A stretch of 17,897 bases of DNA, taken from the NCBI RefSeq assembly GCF_006345805.1, contig NW_021824716.1, positions 1-17,897 of the forward strand. The letters run 5' to 3'. The notes beneath the pieces were generated by a model. It was not told where the DNA came from and made no database searches. It saw nothing but the letters and a program-made list of their open reading frames with translations. Within the stretch, counting starts at the first letter, position 1. Every line of letters begins with the position of its first letter. The DNA is from Octopus sinensis. Lineage: Eukaryota. Both the position numbers and the translations under genes were made by a program. Positions 9,999 to 17,897 of the stretch are shown here, piece after piece.

Positions 9999-10900
9999 TT
10001 GAAATGAATATTTTCAAGTTTTACGTTTTATAGTATGATTTTCATTATAGTTATTGATAATCAACACTTTCTTATTGTGGGAAGGGCATACAGCTGTAAA
10101 AACTAGTTCGTAGGGATGTGGTTGTGTACCCATGTAAAAGTTATGTTAACTTTGAGGGTAACAAGGTGTAAAATATCAGATGAGGGTACAAGATAATGCT
10201 ATGAAACATTCACACAGACAAGTTTAAGAGAGTTAATGAATGATAGCTGATTAATTATCATGTTAATGCGGCGTTTAAACACTAACTATCAATATAGATT
10301 GTATAAAATCTGTGTGAAGAACATGTGACATTTGTTACAATGAATATGGTTGTGTCTCAGCACAGTTGATATTATGGTAGTTCCATGAGAAACCATAGAA
10401 AAAATGTAACCATTTCCAGTACCGAATACTAATGATGAATTCTTTTCTTGGTCAAATAACAATGACCAGGTTCCATGATCTAATTTCAACAGAACAATCA
10501 AGTCGGAAGTAAAACCAAAATGTGGAAGACTGAAAACAGTGACTCTCTTACAATTGAAACCATCTCAAAGCCAACAATTGTCAGTATAACGATGTCTATA
10601 TGGACAGTAAACGTTATTCAAACATCGTAACAAGCGATAATTATATATATATAGTTAGAAAAGAGTTGTGAGTTCGAGTCACACTGGAAGCTCATACGTT
10701 CATTCCTTTCCATGTATTGCATATGTTAGCATCAATGTTTTGTTCAAATGTGAACATATGTTCTCTGTTCAATATGAATGTTATCAAAATAACTGAACCG
10801 GTTTCCACAATCGATATTATTATACTGAGCTAATATGTTATACCAGACAGGAAACTACGGTAACAATCTAAGACAAAGAATTATGATGAGTTACTGGAAG

Positions 10901-11075
10901 ACATCATCATCATCATCAACATTCAAAGTTTGTTTTCCATGCTGGAATGGGTTGGAAATCTTGACAGGATCTGACAAGCCAGACAACTGCACCAGGCCCC
11001 AGATGGTTTCTTTGGCATGGTTTTCTACGGTAGGATGTTCTTATTGATGCCAACCACCTCACAGAGTGTACGTGG
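10901..11075 (-). mobile_element. Degenerate RTE 3'-tail fragment
   Basis: CATCATCATCATC..TTTTCCATGCTGGAATGGGTTGG..CTGCACCAGGC..GATGCCAACCAC is colinear with 3705-3998. Confidence 0.7.
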
Positions 11076-11449
11076 CCCCTTTTTATAAAGCACAAGTACT
11101 GGCATATTTAGCCAAAAGACATGTAAGACAAAGACCCCACAGCCGGGAGAGGGGGAATTGCAAATTTCTCTCCCCGCATCCTGATTCTTTTGTCATCACA
11201 TTCCCTTCTCACCTCCTGAAAATGTCATCAGCTTCAGTGAACCAAAACATCATAGAGTAGTGAGGACCGTCTAATTATGTAGAATGTTACACAACTTGAT
11301 TACTACTTGTGCTATAATTAAATGCTCCCAGAACACACTAGGAAGTGGTTGGTGGAAACTTGGAAAGATGACACCACAAGTTTGAAAGGAACGTTTGATA
11401 TTGTTGGGAAATTGATGATCATTTCTAATGCTTGTGCGACAATAAAATA

Positions 11450-11720
11450 TACCCAAGACCTTTTATAAAGTGGTTGGGGTTAGAAAGGGTCTACCACCTT
11501 AGAAAAGCTTGCAATGTTTAAGTGAGATGTTTTCCTCAACAAATGACGTTGGCAGTAATTTCAGATACAACTGACTTGGACAGTGATGACCCACCTAGTG
11601 TATGGGAGCATGGAGAGCAGATGAGAAAGGATGAGGATGATATCATTTATTGTATTGAAACTTTTAACCAGCATCTTTCTTGAAAAGACGGAGAGAAAGA
11701 GCATGAGTGAGAGAGAGAAT
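11450..11720 (+). mobile_element. Old degenerate RTE-tail-like repeat followed by GA-rich tract
   Basis: Colinear with 9270-9488 (CCCAAG.CCTTTT.TAAAGTGGTTG, TAGAAAAGC, TTCCTCA, AACTGAC.TGGA, GGAGCAT.GA). Confidence 0.5.
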
Positions 11721-13116
11721 GAATGAGTACAATGAGATGACAAACAGGGCGAATATTCTCCTTAACGGGAGAGAACTAACATTCCTAAATCCACCCTCTC
11801 CCTCTCTCTTTCTCTCTCTAGAAACACATTAAATATTCTAACAATGTACCAATATCTCATTTAATTAACACTTGATAAGAGTTTCCTCTAGCTTTGTCTT
11901 TCTTTTCTTAAACTGTGCCAAATCTATGGCATGGCACAGTCCTCTCATCTAGATTCACTAATCAACATCTTCTCTAATTAAGTAAAACTGAGGTCATAAA
12001 GATGTCCTTTATGTGCATACGCTCCATCCCTCACACAATCTGTCCCCTAAAAATCATCTCCACAACATGATCCCTAACAAGATATAAGATGTTAGGTGAG
12101 GGTACACGATGTCCCTATGACAAAATAAATTTACATTTCATACATACAAATGTAAGAGAGTTAATGAATTATAGCTTATTAATTATCATGATGATTGGGT
12201 ATATATGTGATACAATGGCACTGTGCTGACGGTTTGCAATACTAGATATCAATATAGATTGTATATAATCTGAGTAAAGACATATAGCTTCATTACTATG
12301 AATATGATTGTGTCTCAGCACAGCTAATATTATGGTAGTTCCATGAGCAAACGAAGAACGAAGAAAGATATAACCAAGTCCACTGCCAAATACTAATGAT
12401 TAATTCATTTCCTGGTTAAATAACAATGACTAACTTCATTAAATAATTTGAACGCAACTTCAAGACCAAAGGGTGAAACACTCAGAAAACTGTGCCTCTT
12501 TTAGCATTAATATCATCTAAAATCTAACAAGAGTGAGAAAAAGAATGACTATATGGATGGTAAATGTTGTTCAAACAATGTAATAAGTGTATATTATATA
12601 TAGTTACAAACAAGGATTTGTGAGATCAAGTCACACAGGGAACTCATATTTAATTCCTATCTTTATATTTTATGTCAACACCAATATTTTGTTTAAATGT
12701 AAACATGTTCACCGTTCAATACTAAATTTGATATTTAATCAACGTTAATGATCATTATACTTATAATCTTAGAGATTTGATTTTTAATTTCTTTAATTTA
12801 TAACAAAGTTATTCTGACCTGAGACATTCAGGGTACGTACCTAAACAACGTATCCTGACAGACATCTGGCTACATAACAATAACAGCAACAATAACCTAT
12901 CAGAAAACTTAGGAAAGACCTTAGTAGTAAAAGAAACAAAATCTTTCTCGTTAACTCACCTGTTTACAAATAAACAACAAAATGTTTTAGTTCTCTGTCC
13001 TAAAAGACATCATTAACTCTATTATGTCTTCTTATTTAACCATTTTACCAACCACGTTAACCTTGATTTTATGAAATTTCAGTGAATATTTAATTAATAG
13101 AATCCTTTTACAGCTA

Positions 13117-13726
13117 ATGCGGAAACTAGGGATTGACGAGCGATTATAAGAGTTGAAGAGGCCCTGTAGTAAGGTGAGGATCGGCAATGAGTATAGTGAA
13201 GAATTCCGGATAGAAGTAAGAGTTCACTAGGGATCATTCCTAAACCCCTCGTTTTCATCATAGTCCACCAGGCAATAAGAGAAATGACAAATCAAAAGCA
13301 ATTCAAGATCGAAATCAAAATGGAAATTGTAGTTGTGACCGATGCCAGTGCCGCCTGACTGGCACCTGTTCCTGTGTCACGTTATAAGTACCATAGAAGC
13401 ATAGGTCCTTCTCACTGCCGCCTGACTAGCTCCCTGTGCCGGTGGCACGTAAAAAGCACCATCCGAACGTGGTCGATGCCAGCCCCCACCCCAACTGGCT
13501 CCTGTGTCGGTGGCAAGTAAAAGGCACCCACCACACTCTTGGAGTGGTTTGCATTAGGAATGGCATACATATGTGGAAACCTTGCCAGATCACATTGGAG
13601 CCTGGCGCAGCCTACTGCCTTGCCAGTGAAATCGTCCGACCCATGGCACCATAAGAAACGGATGTTAAATGATTATGATGAGGATGATGACGATGATGAT
13701 GATGATGATGATGATGAAGATGATGA
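13117..13726 (+). mobile_element. Internally deleted RTE LINE: RT fragment fused to 3' UTR and (GAT)n tail
   Basis: 13117-13286 translates MRKLGIDE..SKVRIGNEYSEEFRIEVRVH*GSFLNP/VFIIVHQAI, the RT QG..LSP.LF region. It then jumps to the 3' UTR with GC-rich subrepeats and a GAT tail at 13670-13726. Confidence 0.85.
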
Positions 13727-13977
13727 GTTCCATGACCAAATGACAATATTAACCCTATTGTGTCTTCTAATTTGAACATTATTACCAACAGCATTAACCT
13801 CAATGGGTATTTCATAAACTCACAGTAAATCGATATCTTTAATACAATTATTATACAGATAATTGTTCAATTGGAAAATAGGAAAGGAAGCTGTTTTCAG
13901 TTATTCTTTCAAGCACAATATACTCGGAGGAAGAAAACCTTACAGAAATCAATTGGGAACTATTATTTTATACTCAC

Positions 13978-14055
13978 CAATTGCCTGAGATGCAGCCCCT
14001 AATTCCTGACATGTAGCCTCTGTTTGTACACACCTGTCCTCACATTTTGGAGCAC
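13978..14055 (-). CDS. 78-nt cassette exon (phase 1-1)
   Basis: tatttatttcag| ... |gtgagt; open frame (G)APKCEDRCVQTEATCQELGAASQAI; other frames contain stops. Confidence 0.6.
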
Positions 14056-14964
14056 CTGAAATAAATATTTCCAAGTTTTACATTTAATAATAAAATATCT
14101 ATATCTTTATTTTTATTAAACTCTATCTTGTTATTGTGAGACATTCAATTTCTGTCGTTACTGGTCAAATGTTGACCATTATGGTTTTGGTCAATATTTC
14201 TGTACTTTCTGCAGTGGTCCCATGTAATATCTCAATATGTCAACAATAAAACAGACTATCATTTCTAAATCCACCCTCACTTCTCTCTCTCTCTCTCTAA
14301 AAACACATTAAATATTCTAACAATGTTGCAATTATCTCATTTAATTAACACTTGATAAGAGTTTTCTCTTAGCTTCGTCTTACTTTTCTTATAACTGTGC
14401 CAAATCTATGGCATGGCACTGTCCTCTCATATCTAGAATTCACTAATCAACATTCCTCTCTAATTAAGTGAAACTGAGCCCATAAAGACATGTCCTTTAT
14501 GTGCATACCCTCCATCCCACACACAATCTGTCCCCTGAAAGTCATCTCCACAAGCCAAATTCCATACACCTTTCCCCAACATGATCCCTAACAAGATATA
14601 AATGTAAGGTGAGGGTACACGATGTCCCTATGATAAAATAAGCTTACATTTTATACATAAAATGTAAGAGAGTTAATGAATTGTAGCTTATTAATTATCA
14701 TGATAATTGGGTAATATGTGATACAATGGCACTGTGCTTGACGGTGCAATACTAGATATCAATATAGATTGTATATAATCTGAGTAAAGAACGTATAGCC
14801 TTCATTACTATGAATATGATTGTGTCTCAGCACAGCTAATATTATGGTAGTTCCATGAGCAAACGAAGAAAGATATAACCAAGTCCACTGCCAAATACTA
14901 ATGATTAATTCATTTCCTGGTCAAATAACAATGACTATCTTTCATTAAATAATTTGAACGCAAC

Positions 14965-15774
14965 GATGTCAGTGTGTACACCAAGGCAGAGTGAAGAGGC
15001 CTGAGAGAAGTGTTAGACATAAGAGCATCAGATGTGGTGTACAAGAGAGACAACTGCACTGGTATGGTCATGTATGGATGAGGAGAGCTGTGGGAAGAAG
15101 TGTTACACCCTAACAGTCGAAGGAACCCGTGGAAAGGGGTGACCCAGGAAGACAGGGGATGACGTGGTGAAACGACCTTCGAACGTTGGGCCTCACAGAG
15201 GTAATAGCAAGAGACAGAGACCTCTGGAAATATGATGTGATTAAGAGGACCCGGCAATTGAAGTGAGATCACAGCTATAGCCTATACCAGTGGTGCATAA
15301 CCAGCCCTTTTTAAAAGTACCCTTGAATCAAAGAGTGATAAGTTGCGCTTGAGAAGAATTTCTGAGTCAGGTAAAACCAAAAACCAGAAATCACAAATCA
15401 AAATCAAATCAAGATCGAAATCAAAATGGAAATTGTAATTACGGCCGATGCCAGTGCCGCCTGGCTGGCACCTGTGCCGGTGGCACATAATAAGTACCAT
15501 TCAAACATTGTTTGTTGCCAGTGCCGCCCGACTGGTTCCCTGTGCCGGTGGCACGTAAAAAGCAACTTCCGAACGTGGTCAATGCCAGCCCCCACCCCGA
15601 CTGGCTCCTGTGTCAGTGGCACGTAAAAGGCACCCACCACACTCTCGGAGTGGTTGGCGTTAGGAATGGCATACATATGTGGAAACCTTTCCAGATCACA
15701 TTGGAGCCTGACGCAGCCTACTGCCTTGCCAGTGAAATCGTCCGACCCATGCCACCATAAGAAACGGATGTTAA

Positions 15775-15808
<34 letters not shown>
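14965..15808 (+). mobile_element. RTE LINE 3' fragment: ORF2 C-terminus, 3' UTR and (GAT)n tail
   Basis: LREVLDIR/IRCGVQERQLHWYGHV/MDEESCGKKCYTLTVEGTRGKG*PRKTGDDVVK/DLRTLGLTEVIARDRDLWKYDVIKRTRQLK* (stop 15264-15266), followed by the 3' UTR and tail at 15776-15808. Confidence 0.9.
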
Positions 15809-16056
15809 GTTCTGTGACCAAATGACAAATTAACTCTATGTGTCTTCTAATTTGAACATTATTACCAACAGCATTAACCTCAATGGGTATTTCATAAACT
15901 CTCAGTAAATCGATATCTTTAATTCAATTATTATACAGATAATCGTTCAATTGGAAAATAGGAATGGAAGCTGTTTTCAGTTATTCTTTCAAGCACAATA
16001 TACTCGGGGGGAAGAAAACCTTACAGAAATCAATTGGGACTATTTTTTATACTCAC

Positions 16057-16132
16057 CTATTGCCTGAGATGCAGCCTAATTCCTGACATGTAGCCTCTGT
16101 TTGTACACACCTGTCCTCACACTTTGGAGCCC
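16057..16132 (-). CDS. 76-nt paralogue of the 78-nt exon (2-nt shorter)
   Basis: Same splice sites. GGGG becomes GG (plus strand GCAGCCTAAT vs GCAGCCCCTAAT), giving (G)APKCEDRCVQTEATCQELGCISGN and a phase 1-to-2 exon. May be real or an assembly indel. Confidence 0.45.
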
Positions 16133-17672
16133 CTGAAATAAATATTTCCAAGTTTTACATTTAAAAAGAAACTTTCTTTATCTTTATTTTTATTAAACTC
16201 TATCTTGTTATTGTGAGACATTCAATTCCTGTCGTTAATGGTCAATGTTGACCACTATGGTTTTGGTCAATATTTCTGTATTCTACAGTGGTCCCATGTA
16301 ATAGCCTAATATGTCCACAATAAAACAGACTAACATTTCTAAATCCACCCTCACTCTCACTCCCTCTCTCTCTCTCTCTAAAAACACATTAAATATTCTA
16401 ACAATGTTGCAATTATTCCTTTAATTAACACTTGATAAGAGTTTCCTCTTAGCTTTGTCTTTCTTTTCTTATAACTGTGCCAAATCTATGGCATGGCACA
16501 GTCCTCTCATATCTAGAATTCACTAATCAACATTCTTCTCTAATTAAGTAAAACTGATGTCATAAAGATGTCCTTTATGTGCATACGCTCCATCCCACAC
16601 ACAATCTGTCCCCTAAAAATCATCTCACAAACATGATCCCTAACAAGATATAAGATGTTAGGTGAGGGTACACGATGTCCCTATGACAAAATAAATTTAC
16701 ATTTCATACATACAAATGTAAGAGAGTTAATGAATTATAGCTTATTAATTATCATGATAATTGGGTATATATGTGATGCAATGGTACTGTGCTTGACGGT
16801 GCAATACTAGATATCAATATAGATTGTATATAATCTGAATAAAGAACATATAGCCTTCATTACTATGAATATGATTGTGTCTCAGCACAGCTAATATTAT
16901 CGTAGTTCCATGAGCAAACGAAGAAAGATATAACCAAGTCCACTGCCAAATACTAATGACTAATTCATTTCCTGGTCAAATAACAATGACTAACTTTCAT
17001 TAAATAATTTGAACGCAACAATCAAGACCAAAGGGTGAAACACTCAGAAAACTGTGCCTCTTTTAGCATTAATATCATCTAAATTCTAACATTGTGAGAA
17101 AAAGAATGACTATATGGATGGTAAATCTGTTCAAACAATGTAATAAGTGTATATTATATATAATACAAATAAGGATTTGTGAGATCAAGTCACACAGGGA
17201 ACTCATATTTAATTCCTATCTTTGTATTTTATGTCAACACCAATATTTTGTTTAAATGAAACAGATGTTCACCGTTCAATACTAAAGTTAATATTAATCA
17301 ACGTTAATGATCATTATATTTATAATCTTAGAGATTTGATTTTTAATTTCTTTAATTTATAACAAAGTTATTCTGACCTGAGACATTCAGGGTACGTACC
17401 TAAACAACATATCATGACAGACATCTGGCTACATAACAATAACCACAACAATAACCTATCAGAAAACTTAGGAAAGACCATAGTAGTAAAAGAAAGAAAA
17501 TCTTTCTCGTTAACTCACCTGTTTACAAATAAACAACAAAATGTTTTAGTTCTCTGTCCTAAAAGACATCATTAACTCTATTATGTCTTCTTATTTATCC
17601 ATTTTACCAACCACGTTAACCTTGATTTTATGAAATTTCAGTGGAATATTTAATAGAATCCTTTTACAGCTA

Positions 17673-17897
17673 ATGCGGAGGAACTAGGGATTGACGAGCG
17701 ATTATAAGAGTGAAGAGGCCCTGTAGTAAGGTGAGGATCGGCAATGAGTATAGTGAAAAATTCCGGATAGAAGTAGGAGTTCACTAGGATCATTCCTGAA
17801 CCCCTCGTTTTCATCATAGTCCACCAGGCAATAACAGAAATGAAAAATCAAAAGCAATTCAAGATCGAAATCAAAATGCAATTGTAGTTGTGACCGA
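17673..17897 (+). mobile_element. Second copy of the internally deleted RTE LINE (RT fragment plus start of 3' UTR), cut by window end
   Basis: Near-identical to 13117-13342; includes EVGVH* and PLVFIIVHQAITEMK. Confidence 0.85.

Larger units (their letters stand above)
11775..17897. repeat. Recent tandem duplication array: units start at about 11775, 14255 and 16329 (2480 bp, 2074 bp, then partial)
   Basis: 11775-13342 aligns nearly base for base with 16329-17897 (offset about 4555). About 13290-14964 aligns with about 15400-17019 (offset about 2.1 kb). Confidence 0.95.

Noticed and set aside
11213-11215. ttttcag|GAG|gtgaga possible 3-nt microexon
   Set aside because: Weak pyrimidine tract, lies in degenerate repeat debris, and has no paralogous support.
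13341-13530. Short GC-rich direct repeats with variable spacers, superficially CRISPR-like
   Set aside because: They are internal subrepeats of the LINE 3' UTR, also seen at 15447-15640 and 3870-3995. The context is eukaryotic, the spacers are not unique and there are no cas genes.
13436-13815. Poly-Asp and poly-His ORFs and the related ORFs at 15282-15760 and 3736-4023
   Set aside because: They are translations of the RTE 3' UTR and its (GAT)n tail.

Overview
AT-rich, repeat-dense eukaryotic DNA, most likely from an octopus or other coleoid cephalopod (inferred from the SINE and RTE-LINE families as I recall them; not verified). Most ORFs in the supplied track are artefacts of microsatellites and repeats. 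The window holds the 3' end of a minus-strand, multi-exon gene ending in a death domain (DD): DD exon 1 at 7395-7465, terminal DD exon at 5653-5852, poly(A) signal at 5405-5410. Upstream of these exons (7085-17897, continuing past the window edge) the gene is a tandem array of paralogous intron-exon-intron units of two ages. Short cassette exons (9951-9998, 13978-14055, 16057-16132) sit in the same flanking sequence as DD exon 1 and appear to be diverged duplicates of it. The rest is transposon debris (Helitron helicase relic, tRNA-derived SINEs, RTE-type LINE relics, an R2/HERO-like RT relic) and microsatellites. Small indels between copies may be assembly errors, which limits all reading-frame conclusions.
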